From positions 1 through 57,561 of IMG/VR virus record IMGVR_UViG_3300036859_000285: DNA of 57,561 nucleotides. One strand, written 5' to 3'. This DNA is from a virus (lineage: Duplodnaviria; Caudoviricetes). The notes under the pieces were generated by a model that ran no database searches, had not been told where the DNA came from, and saw only the letters and a program-made list of their open reading frames with translations. Positions within the stretch are counted from its first letter, which is position 1. Every line of letters starts with the position of its first letter. Shown here piece after piece: positions 38,764 through 47,842 of this stretch. Both the position numbers and the translations under genes were made by a program.

Positions 38764-40788
38764 GTGCCACCGAGGGCCCCGAAGCCGCCGTTGCGGGTTG
38801 CTGTCGGCCAGCGTCTGGCCGGCCGCCCGCAAATCCATCTTGGCCAGCATGTCGGCCAGCATCAGAAGGCTCCTTCCCCTGGCCTTCTGTCGCGTGCCGC
38901 CGGCTGGATCCAGGCGGCACCGACCGAGCGCGCCCCGCTGCCTATTGGCGTGGGCGTGTTCGGCGTCGGCGAGATCCTCCACGTGACGCACACGCCCGCG
39001 TGGATGATCGGCATGGGCGTCCTCGGCGGCACCGTCGCAGCGTGGGGCGCGGTCCTCAACCGGACCAAGGACGGTCCGGCCGCGTTCAAGGCCGGCGCCG
39101 CGGTGATCGCCGCCGGCGCCTGGCTGTCCACTGCGGCGCTCGTCGGCGTCGACGCCTGGATGACCGCGGTCTACTGGGGCCTGTTCGGCGTTGCGTACGG
39201 CATCTATCGAGCCGACGACCTCACCCGCCAACAGGTGTACTGGCGCAAACAGAAAGCGTCCTGGCACCAGCTCGCCCGCCAGTTCGGAATCCCCGGATCA
39301 ACCCTGCTCAAGATCGAAGACACCCGCCTCGGGCAGAAACTCGTCATCGACGTCAAGGGCGCCGGCCGACGCGCCTCGCACATTGTCGCCTCGGACCTAG
39401 CCGAGCGGATCGCCGAACACCACATGATCCCCAAGGTGCGCGTGCAGGTGCGTGAGGCGAACATCGCCGGCCGCATCATCGTGTCGATCCGGATGAAAAG
39501 CCCGTGGGACGTGCCGATCAAGCACCCCACCCTTGACCCGACGTCCGAGATCGTGCTGCCCGAGATCGCCGACATCCGCGAGCCGCAGATCGTCGGCATC
39601 GACCCCGAGAACGGCCGGCCCCTCGAGATCACGTTCTGGGATGAGGACGGCGCCCGCAACATCCTGCTCGTCGCCGTCAAAGGCGGGGGCAAGTCGGTCC
39701 TGGTGTCCGACGTGCTCGAGCGGCTCACCGCGGCCGACAACGTGTGCATCTTCGGCATCGACCTGTCCAAGGCCAAAGAGATGCGGCGCTGGCGCAAGGC
39801 CCTCTACCTATCCGCCTGCGGCCCCGGGGAACGCGTCAAGGCGCTGCGCATGCTGGAGATCGCGCACGCAATCATCGACTGGCGGGCCGCACAGCCGACC
39901 GACGACGCCGTGCACGTGCCGACCAAACGCAAGCCGTACGTCGCCGTCATCGTCGACGAGATGTCCGCGGCGCTCGGCGTCAACGACCCGATCGGCCTGG
40001 CGATCCGCGAGCACATGGCCTACATCACGTCCAAGGGCCGAAGTGAAGCGGTCGGCGCGTTCCTCGTCGGGCAGCGTGGCACCGTCTCGCACCTGGGTAC
40101 GGCCGACATCCGCTCCATGGTCGACACGGTCATCCTGCAAAAGCTCAACCGCAAGGGCGAGGCCGCGCATGCCGCCGGCGAGCTCGGCCTCGAGCTTCCC
40201 GACATGTCGCGGTACGGCGAGGGCAAGCCTGGCGTCACCTGCATCGCGCAGATCGACGGCTCGTATGAGCTTGGGCGGACCTTCGCTCTGGTCGACCTGC
40301 GCGACATCGACCGGATCGCGGCCGAGCGCACCCCCTGCCCGCTCGAGCCCGAGCTTGTGGAGTTCCTCGGCCCGAAGCTCGCCAAACTGCACGACCCGAT
40401 CGAGCCCGGGCAGCTCGCCGAGACCGCACCCGAGGCGGCCGAGCAGGCGGCCCAGGGCGCGAGCATCCGCGAGAGCGTCCGCCGCTACCTGTTCGCCGTC
40501 CCCGACATGGCCAACCCGTCGCCTGAGATGGCCGCCAAGTTCGCCGAGGCCGCGGCGATCCGCCGAGCCCAAGCGGCCGAGCAGACCGTGCTGTCCGACG
40601 ACGTCCGCGCCCGCGTCATCGAACTGCTCAAGGAAGGGACCACGGTCCGCGCCGTGACCAAGCATCTGGACATCGGGCAGACGTCGACCTGGCGCGTCAT
40701 GGACCGGCTACGGCAGGAAGGTGTCGCGGTCTGCACGAGCCGCGGCCGTAACGCCCGCTGGCACCTCGCAGAGAGTGACTCAGCGTGA
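38764..40788 (+). CDS. traB: TraB-like FtsK/SpoIIIE dsDNA translocase
   Basis: N-terminal TMs; Walker A AVKGGGKS; Walker B VIVDE; KGRS and GQR motifs; C-terminal wHTH. Confidence 0.88.
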   Translation: MPPRAPKPPLRVAVGQRLAGRPQIHLGQHVGQHQKAPSPGLLSRAAGWIQAAPTERAPLPIGVGVFGVGEILHVTHTPAWMIGMGVLGGTVAAWGAVLNRTKDGPAAFKAGAAVIAAGAWLSTAALVGVDAWMTAVYWGLFGVAYGIYRADDLTRQQVYWRKQKASWHQLARQFGIPGSTLLKIEDTRLGQKLVIDVKGAGRRASHIVASDLAERIAEHHMIPKVRVQVREANIAGRIIVSIRMKSPWDVPIKHPTLDPTSEIVLPEIADIREPQIVGIDPENGRPLEITFWDEDGARNILLVAVKGGGKSVLVSDVLERLTAADNVCIFGIDLSKAKEMRRWRKALYLSACGPGERVKALRMLEIAHAIIDWRAAQPTDDAVHVPTKRKPYVAVIVDEMSAALGVNDPIGLAIREHMAYITSKGRSEAVGAFLVGQRGTVSHLGTADIRSMVDTVILQKLNRKGEAAHAAGELGLELPDMSRYGEGKPGVTCIAQIDGSYELGRTFALVDLRDIDRIAAERTPCPLEPELVEFLGPKLAKLHDPIEPGQLAETAPEAAEQAAQGASIRESVRRYLFAVPDMANPSPEMAAKFAEAAAIRRAQAAEQTVLSDDVRARVIELLKEGTTVRAVTKHLDIGQTSTWRVMDRLRQEGVAVCTSRGRNARWHLAESDSA

Positions 40789-40794
40789 TGAAGA

Positions 40795-40866
40795 AATGTT
40801 CCCCCCGAATGTTCCAGGCCAATGTTCCAGGCCCGTATAGGAGACCTGGCGAACGTTTGGAACATT
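40795..40866. repeat. clt-like 8-bp repeat cluster
   Basis: AATGTTCC at 40795, 40808 and 40821 (13-bp period); inverted GGAACATT at 40859. Confidence 0.6.
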
Positions 40867-40912
40867 CACCGGCTCCAGCTACGGACAGTGACGAATCGGG
40901 AGGCTGGCGATC

Positions 40913-41440
40913 ATGACGGCTTTCACCGTGCAGGCCTCTCAGCTCGCCGATCTCCATGACCTCGCTTGGAGCGCCACGTTCGCAGCCGCCCGTTGCAAGG
41001 CGACCGGCCTGGACGTCCGCTGCTATGCCGGCATCATCGGCACGGCTCGCATCCTGTCCATGCGGACGGGCGCGGCAACCTGCCCCTGGTCCAACGACAC
41101 GGCGCTCGTCGCCTGGATCTACGACACGTTGCTTGAGGTACGGCAGCGCCTCGTCGCCCTCCGAGCGCTGCGTGTTCGTGTCGTAGACGCCCTGGCCAGG
41201 GCCGAACGAGGCCTTCGTGAAGCCCAGGAAGACGGGCGGGACACCTCGCGATACATGCGCATCATCGCCGACTGCCGAGCCGCGCTGGAAATCATCACCG
41301 CAGTCACCGCACTCCTCATCTACGTGGCTCGACGCCTGTCCGCCGTGCCCGCCGAGCTGGGGGAAACCTACGCGGCCGCCTACGCCCTGCTCGCTCGAGG
41401 GGGTGTCCTGCCCTTCGACGGCCGCTGGATCTCGCCATAA
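40913..41440 (+). CDS. Helical hypothetical protein of the transfer module
   Basis: GGGAGG RBS; ends GGVLPFDGRW. Confidence 0.7.
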   Translation: MTAFTVQASQLADLHDLAWSATFAAARCKATGLDVRCYAGIIGTARILSMRTGAATCPWSNDTALVAWIYDTLLEVRQRLVALRALRVRVVDALARAERGLREAQEDGRDTSRYMRIIADCRAALEIITAVTALLIYVARRLSAVPAELGETYAAAYALLARGGVLPFDGRWISP

Positions 41441-41498
41441 ACACGTTGATCCACGAGTAATTTGACCTGCACCCGCCGTGACTGGAAGGCCCCCCGAC

Positions 41499-42773
41499 AT
41501 GTTTCGCCGCCGTACACCCGACCTCGTCGAAGACGTCATCACCGAAGCCGAGAAGGCGCGCGCCGTCGCCGACCTCAGCGAGTCCCAGACCCGCATTGCC
41601 GCCGCGGCCGCAGACGCGGCACAGATCACCCATCAGGCCAAGCTGGACCAAGACGCGGCCACACAAAAGGCCCGCATCGACGCCCAGGAACGTGACCAGC
41701 GAGCGGCCGCCAAGCGCGCGCTTGCCGCCGAGAAGAACCGCAAGGAGCTGCATGCCGTTCGCGGCGACAGGGTTGCCGCGCAGAAACGGCAAGCGCGGCA
41801 AGCAGGCGCCGAGCGTGGGATGCGAGCCGCCCGTACGGCGTTCTCGATCGGTGTCAACACGGCCGCCTGGTTCGGCCAGTTCGGCTACCTACACGACCAG
41901 GTTGCCGCCCCGCTCGTCTGGTCCGCGCTCATTGCCGCGCTGCTTGAGCTCGCCGCGGTCAGCGCTCAGGCGTACGCCACGGCGGCCGCCATCGATGGCG
42001 ACCGCGTCCTGCCCAAGCTCATCCTGTCCTACCTGTTCGCAGGGGTTGTCGCCTGGCTGAACTACAGCCACTGGACCCAGACGCCAGGCCGAGAAGGGCT
42101 TGCGATCCCGTTCGCCTTGATGAGCATCGCAAGCCCGATCTTCTGGCAGATGCACTCGGCGCACGCGCACCGCGACGAGCGGCGTGCCGCACGCGACAAC
42201 CGGCGTGCCGACAAGGAAGCCAGGCGTGCCGCTAAGGGTGTCGCGACCTTCTCGGTCTGGCGCTGGATCTTCTGGCCGATGGAGACTCTTAGGGCCCAGC
42301 GGATCGCCATCCGCTTCAACGAGCCCAATCCCGAGGTCGCCGTCGACCTAAGCCTCGACTACCTGGCCGAGCAGCGCGCCGAACGCGAACGGCAAGCCGC
42401 GATCAGGGCCCACCTGGACGCGGCAAGGCAACGGCAAGGCCTCCTGTCATGGTTTAAGAGGCCGCCCCTCGAGCTCGAGGCAGGAGAGCAGCAGCTGCAG
42501 GACGACGAGCTCGACGAGGACGCTGAGCGCGAGCTCGATCTACCCGACGTGCCCAGCCCGCACGAGCTCGCTGACATGAACGATCGGGAGATCAAGAAAG
42601 CGGCACGCGCGACGTACCGCGCGGCCAATCAGCAGGGCCTGGTCCTCACCGGCCTCGAGCTTGGCGCCGCCTACGAAAGGAGCGAGTCGTGGGGGCGCAC
42701 CCGGATCCGCGAAGTCAAGGGACAGGTGATCCCAGGCGAAACCATTGGCCGGCACGCGGCAGAGGGACTGTGA
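41499..42773 (+). CDS. SpdB2/DUF2637-like 4-TM spread protein with coiled coils and C-terminal HTH
   Basis: Coiled coil, 4 TMs (LLELAAV, WLNYSH), RW..WP.ET, TGLELGAAYERSESWGRTRI. Confidence 0.7.
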   Translation: MFRRRTPDLVEDVITEAEKARAVADLSESQTRIAAAAADAAQITHQAKLDQDAATQKARIDAQERDQRAAAKRALAAEKNRKELHAVRGDRVAAQKRQARQAGAERGMRAARTAFSIGVNTAAWFGQFGYLHDQVAAPLVWSALIAALLELAAVSAQAYATAAAIDGDRVLPKLILSYLFAGVVAWLNYSHWTQTPGREGLAIPFALMSIASPIFWQMHSAHAHRDERRAARDNRRADKEARRAAKGVATFSVWRWIFWPMETLRAQRIAIRFNEPNPEVAVDLSLDYLAEQRAERERQAAIRAHLDAARQRQGLLSWFKRPPLELEAGEQQLQDDELDEDAERELDLPDVPSPHELADMNDREIKKAARATYRAANQQGLVLTGLELGAAYERSESWGRTRIREVKGQVIPGETIGRHAAEGL

Positions 42774-42812
42774 GCGATGGCCGCGCTACGCGTTGCGCTT
42801 TACAATCCGATC

Positions 42813-43073
42813 ATGCCGAGTGAACAGGACTGGCAGCGCGGCCGCGACAAGCTCGCCCGTTTTCGTGAGCTGCAGAAGGTAGCCGACGACGCTCGCATCG
42901 AAGCGTATGAAGAGATCCGAGCCCTGTACGCGGAGATCGAGGACGAATACGGCCCCCAGGCCGAGGTTGCTCGCCGCCTCGGCCTGGGCAAGTCTCACGT
43001 TCGCTGGATCACGAGTACGGACCTGGACGCGCTACGCCAACGGCTCGAGCAGAGCCGTGAGAAGGGCGATTGA
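42813..43073 (+). CDS. Small HTH regulator (Kor-like), probably leaderless
   Basis: QAEVARRLGLGKSHVRWI; TACAAT 6 nt before the ATG. Confidence 0.75.
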   Translation: MPSEQDWQRGRDKLARFRELQKVADDARIEAYEEIRALYAEIEDEYGPQAEVARRLGLGKSHVRWITSTDLDALRQRLEQSREKGD

Positions 43074-43570
43074 CGGAATCCCCGATGAGCCCCTATGCCG
43101 AGAACACTCAGGTACCTGCCGGCCGCAGCCGCGACGAGATCGAACGCACCCTCACCCGATACGGCGCGGCCGCGTTCGGCTACGCCGTACAGCGTGACCA
43201 AGCAATGATCGAGTTCCTGATGCACGGGTACCGCGTCCGCTTCGTCATCGACCTGCCCGACCCTGGCGATCCGCAGTTCACCGAAACCGAGACAGGCCGG
43301 CCTCGGCAGCCCGCCGTCGCGCGCTCGGAGTATGAGAAAGCATGCCGGCAACGGTGGCGCGTCCTCGCCCTGGTGACCAAGGCCAAGCTCGAGGCAGTCG
43401 AGGCCGGCGTCGTCACCTTTCAGCGCGAGTTCCTGCCGTACATCGTGTTGCCCTCGTCGGGGCTGACGCTCGGCCAGGTGATCGAGCCGAAGCTCGACGA
43501 TCTGACCGGCTCGGGCGAGGTGCTCTCGCTGCTCGCCGATTACACGCGGCCGGCGCTGCCCTCGCCGTGA
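43070..43570 (+). CDS. Phage hypothetical protein
   Basis: RSRDEIERTL.RYGA...RQRWR.L.LV.KAKLEAVE.G. Confidence 0.75.
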   Translation: MTESPMSPYAENTQVPAGRSRDEIERTLTRYGAAAFGYAVQRDQAMIEFLMHGYRVRFVIDLPDPGDPQFTETETGRPRQPAVARSEYEKACRQRWRVLALVTKAKLEAVEAGVVTFQREFLPYIVLPSSGLTLGQVIEPKLDDLTGSGEVLSLLADYTRPALPSP

Positions 43571-43610
43571 TTTCGCGAATCACGAGTCATGGGCTGCAAG
43601 CCGCAACGGC

Positions 43611-43958
43611 TCAACTGGATCGCCAGACGTAGGTAACTCGAGTTTGGTCGAAGGCCTGCGAGTCCGGCTCAGTACGCGCGATCCGGATCTGCTCGAGCAG
43701 GTCGATCGCAAGGCGCTGACGCTCTACCGCCGAGGTGCCCTCAAACCAGCGCGCGAGATCGTCGATCACCATGCCGGGCATTACGCCGTGCATCATCTGC
43801 TGCAGCATCTGCTCGGCGGCGTCCCGGTCGAGAGCCTTGGCCTCGATGGTGTTGGGCCCGCATCCCAAGACGAGGCATTCGAATGCACCAGTTGTGGGGC
43901 AGACGTGCATCGTGCGGCCGCAGTCACCGCAACGGACAAGGTTGATCGAGTCCAACAT
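43611..43958 (-). CDS. Zn-ribbon hypothetical protein
   Basis: CGDCG...FECLVLGC; divergent from the XRE gene. Confidence 0.6.
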   Translation of the reverse strand: MLDSINLVRCGDCGRTMHVCPTTGAFECLVLGCGPNTIEAKALDRDAAEQMLQQMMHGVMPGMVIDDLARWFEGTSAVERQRLAIDLLEQIRIARTEPDSQAFDQTRVTYVWRSS

Positions 43959-44205
43959 CGTGGGAGGCCTTTCTAGGGACCCCGGTGCGAAGGGCCCCGG
44001 TCCGCTGCCCGACCCATCGGGACTTAGCGCGAGCTCGAGGCCCTTCTCCAAATTCACACCCTGACAGATGTGCCGCCGATAAGCCCAAGGCCGCCGACGT
44101 AGCAACTATCACTGTAGCGGCCAAGGGCGGGCCTGGCGTTAGTCACGTAGGCTTGCAAAAGGTACCTGACAGATACCCGCAGCACCGCCGGAAGGGACAC
44201 GACCC

Positions 44206-45432
44206 ATGTCCGAATTCCCCCTTGGGCGCCGCATCGCCTTTCTCCGCAATCAGCGAGGCCTGACACAGGCCGAGCTCGCAGGCAAGACGGGGCTGAGCCT
44301 GTCCTACATCCGCGGGATCGAGCGTGGCGAGAAGCTGGTCGGCCGAGCCTCGACGCTGGCCAACCTCGCCGAGGCCCTCGAGCTCGCCGACGTCGCCGAG
44401 CTGACCGGCGGCTACCCCTTCACAGTCGGCCCAACCTCGGACGCCTCTCGCCTGCTGCATCCGACCGCCCGCCAACTCGGCGACCTGTTGCGCCGGCCGA
44501 TGCTGGCCGCCCACGTCGATGCGTCCCCGCCGCCGACCGTCGAGCAGATGCAGGACCGTTGCGACGAACTCTGGGAAATCTGGCACAACAGCAAAACGTT
44601 CTACTCCGACACCGCGATCGAGCTACCCGCTCTGCTCGTCGACGCCCATCGGCTGCTGCGCTCCGCCGAAGGTGACAAGCGGCCGGCCTGGCGGGTGATG
44701 GCCCAGGCCTACCATCTGGCCCGGCAGTGGCTGCGCAAGGTCCAGGAATACGAGCTCGCGATCGTCGCCGCCGAACGCTCCCTGCATGCCAGCGAGCAGG
44801 CCGACGATCCGCTACTCATCGCGATGAGCGCCTGGAACTACGTCGGCCTGCACAACGCCGGCGGCCGCCCTGAGGCAGGCGCCGACGTCGCCGCCGAGGC
44901 GATCCGGATGCTCGACGAAGTTCCCGGCTCGACGCAGGACCGCAACCTGCACGGGATGCGCGGCGCTTTGCACCTGTACGCGGCGATCGCCTCGGCGCGC
45001 ATGGACGACGCTGACGGCGCCTGGCGGCATTGGCAGGCCGGCGACGACATCGCCCGCGATCTGGGCCCGACGTTCTTCGACCAGTGGACGACGTTCGGCG
45101 CGATGAACGTCGCGATGTACCGGGTTGGGATCAACATCGATCTCGGCAAGGGCCGCGACACGACCGATGAGGCCGAGCGGATCGACTACACGCGGATGCT
45201 CTGTGTGGAGCGCCGTACCCGGCACCTGATCGACGTGGCCCGCGGCTACGGCAGGCGCGAGGACGACACGGCCGCCGTCGCGACCCTGCTCGAGGCCGAG
45301 CAGCAGTCCCCCGAAGAGGTCGCGTACTCGTACTACTCGCGCGAGCTGCTGCGGCACCTGATGCAGCGCGGACGGGCGATCAATCGTGAGGGCATGTACG
45401 GCCTGGCGGCGAGGATCAACGTCCACGCGTAG
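44206..45432 (+). CDS. XRE-family HTH regulator with large helical (TPR-like) C-domain
   Basis: RIAFLRNQRGLTQAELAGKTGLSLSYIRGIERG; TFG..NV, ERRTRHLIDVAR. Confidence 0.9.
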   Translation: MSEFPLGRRIAFLRNQRGLTQAELAGKTGLSLSYIRGIERGEKLVGRASTLANLAEALELADVAELTGGYPFTVGPTSDASRLLHPTARQLGDLLRRPMLAAHVDASPPPTVEQMQDRCDELWEIWHNSKTFYSDTAIELPALLVDAHRLLRSAEGDKRPAWRVMAQAYHLARQWLRKVQEYELAIVAAERSLHASEQADDPLLIAMSAWNYVGLHNAGGRPEAGADVAAEAIRMLDEVPGSTQDRNLHGMRGALHLYAAIASARMDDADGAWRHWQAGDDIARDLGPTFFDQWTTFGAMNVAMYRVGINIDLGKGRDTTDEAERIDYTRMLCVERRTRHLIDVARGYGRREDDTAAVATLLEAEQQSPEEVAYSYYSRELLRHLMQRGRAINREGMYGLAARINVHA

Positions 45433-45447
45433 GAAAGGGATGGCGTG

Positions 45448-45666
45448 ATGGCTGAACGGTGGCGGTCGCCTGCCGCACGCGAGCTCGCGAAAGCGATCCG
45501 TGACGCTGGGGGAGAGCTCGAGCGTTTGGGTACCGGCCGCTGGCGGGTGACCGGACCGTCAGGCACGATAACGATCCACGAGCCCGGCACCGATACCCGC
45601 CGCGACCTGGCTCGGTCCTCGGCAGCACGCCGCATCCAGGAAGAGACGGGCCTGAATTTGAGCTGA
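45448..45666 (+). CDS. Small HicA-like fold protein
   Basis: ELAKAIRDAGGELERLGTGRWRVTGP; no conserved His. Confidence 0.45.
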   Translation: MAERWRSPAARELAKAIRDAGGELERLGTGRWRVTGPSGTITIHEPGTDTRRDLARSSAARRIQEETGLNLS

Positions 45667-45828
45667 CCCCCGCCATCTGGGGGATATGGGATCGACTGCA
45701 TTCTGTCGTCTCTACTGACGTGAGTTAACTGCTGTAGCCAGAGAGCCGCGTGAGCTGGGATTACGCGGCTGTGGCTATTGTCAACCTTTCTGACATTAGG
45801 TAGAAGTGATATACGCCCCGTATTGGGA

Positions 45829-45847
45829 GTGACACTATTAGTGTCAC
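45829..45847. promoter_or_regulatory. Palindromic operator GTGACAC-N5-GTGTCAC
   Basis: Same motif as 37061-37077, in an AT-rich intergenic region. Confidence 0.55.
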
Positions 45848-45920
45848 CCGGGCGGGGCGTATGTGCATTAGCCTCGCGATCGACCCTGACAAGTCGACCC
45901 CCCGATTGGATCCCCCCAAG

Positions 45921-46286
45921 ATGGATCAGCGAAGGTTTGAGACCGAAGCTCTCCATGATCCGATCGCCGACGAGCGTCGCCGCATTCTCGAGGCTCTAGT
46001 CGATCGCATCAAGCACACCGGCCTGGATGCGCAGGCCAAGCACCCGAACGTCGTCAAGGCTAGGCAGCCCGCAGCATCTGGCATGGTGCAAGGCGTCGCC
46101 CTGATCACTGACCTGGAATCCTCGGGCTCTGCGAACCGCCCGGGATGGTTCTGGATGTGGCCAGGCGACGACCGATACGCCCGCCCAGCGCTCGAGTGGC
46201 TGTGTCCCGCGGATCAACTCGACGAGGCGGCGCGGCGTATCGCCACGGTCCTCGCTGTATTGCCGGAATCTGAGCCGGCCGACTGA
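45921..46286 (+). CDS. Hypothetical protein
   Basis: WFWMW...LCPADQLDEAARRIATVL. Confidence 0.65.
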   Translation: MDQRRFETEALHDPIADERRRILEALVDRIKHTGLDAQAKHPNVVKARQPAASGMVQGVALITDLESSGSANRPGWFWMWPGDDRYARPALEWLCPADQLDEAARRIATVLAVLPESEPAD

Positions 46287-46812
46287 TCCGCTGCGCCTTC
46301 GCAGCCAGCTCGTACCGTCGCCGGTAAGTCCCTCCGATGACCGGAACCCGCAGGCGCGAGATAGACGAGGGGCGGCACTAGGCAGATCCCCCAAGGAACC
46401 GTGACGGGATATTAATCCCACACGGACCCGGTGCCGCCCCTCCCTCCCCGATCTACCACATCCGGGCCTATCTAAACAATGTGTGATGGCTCACACACAG
46501 TGGGCAATTTTGCATACGTAGTTATACAGACTTGCGTGTGCCGATACGGTGCGCAGGCTCTTGAATCGGACACACGCGGCTAGAGGGCGCAAGACGGTTC
46601 CCGGAGGGGTGGACCGTTTTGCGCCCTTTTGGTTGCCCGGAACATCTCCGCACGTCAGCGAGCCCCTACGCGCCTGGGCCACTTGAGGGGCGGCACCACT
46701 TGCGTAGGGGCTCTGGGCCTCTGCTTCCCCCCATGCCCCAAGCGGCAAACCAGATCATTCTGTTTCGATCCGATCCCAGAGGGGACACAGAGCGCTATCG
46801 TTCCAGGTCACC

Positions 46813-46864
46813 TATATGAAAACTCTTGTCTCCGTTCCCTTACGGCTGTAGCGTATGTATTGCA
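46813..46864 (+). promoter_or_regulatory. Promoter with paired boxes (copy D)
   Basis: TTGTCT-17-TAGCGT; box TGTAG-N8-TTGCA at 46847-64. Confidence 0.7.
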
Positions 46865-47049
46865 CGGAGTGAGGGAACGTAAGGAAGGCAAGGAACGCCG
46901 ATGACCAGGAACGCCGCCCACACGACCAGCCACACGGACGCCGCCAGCACCGGCCGCAACAAGGCCGCGGGGATCTCGTGGGCATGACCGCCATCGGCGC
47001 CCGCATCCGCTGTTACGGCCTACGACTGTGGAACGGAGGAAAACGTCAT

Positions 47050-47217
47050 ATGACCCCCCTGCAGCTCGCCCTCGAGGCGACCACGCACCTGCGCGAGGAC
47101 GTCAGCAACATCGTCTACCTCCCGCCCGCCGAGCACGACCGCGCCCTGCAGGACGTTGAGCTCGCCCTCGGCGAACTGGCCAAGCTCATCACGTCCGCCA
47201 TCGATCAGGCCGCCTGA
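47050..47217 (+). CDS. Small hypothetical protein
   Basis: GGAGGA RBS. Confidence 0.65.
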   Translation: MTPLQLALEATTHLREDVSNIVYLPPAEHDRALQDVELALGELAKLITSAIDQAA

Positions 47218-47646
47218 AGAGGGGATCCCCTCTCGGTACGGCCAAGGCCCCCGAGCGATCCACGGCCGCACCCTGGTGCGGCCGCATCACGGGGGCCGAC
47301 AACCCGAGGACGTCGAGGAACACACGCGATCGGAGTGGTCTGTTCAGCGGGGTGCGATGCCCGCGTTCGGCCCCTCGGGACATCACCGGCAGGCGCTACT
47401 GTGCCTGTCTCATCCGGTGAGCTGGACTGCGGCAAGGGTGGCAGCCACGGTTCACCGCCCAGGACCCCCAGGACCGCGCAGCACGTCCCTGGGGGTCCTT
47501 CGGCGTCCAAGGCCCCCGACCGGCCGCCGACTCGCCCCCGAAACGGCCGCAACATGCGGGGAAACCTTGCAGATGAGACTCCTCATCGGAGAGATACATT
47601 TGGGATCACTCCAAACCAAAGCGCGGCAGTTTCTCGGGGGTCCGCC

Positions 47647-47838
47647 ATGCCCAAAAAGTGCGTCTTCTACCTGTCTTTGATCGTCGCCACGATCGGGGCC
47701 ACCGCCATCTGCATTTACGTCTGGTACATCATGATGACCGCGCTCATCGCCGGCCTCGCGAGCGTCGTCCTGGTGATGCTCGCCGGCGTCTGCCCGTCCG
47801 TTGGCCTGGACTCTCCTGCGCCGCTCCCGGGCGGCTGA
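47647..47838 (+). CDS. Small 2-TM membrane protein
   Basis: Very hydrophobic, 63 aa. Confidence 0.6.
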   Translation: MPKKCVFYLSLIVATIGATAICIYVWYIMMTALIAGLASVVLVMLAGVCPSVGLDSPAPLPGG

Positions 47839-47842
47839 CCCT

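Noticed and set aside
38764-40788. FtsK ATPase as a packaging motor or full type VII EccC
   Set aside because: A terminase is already present; a single ATPase domain with wHTH matches TraB, not the multi-domain EccC
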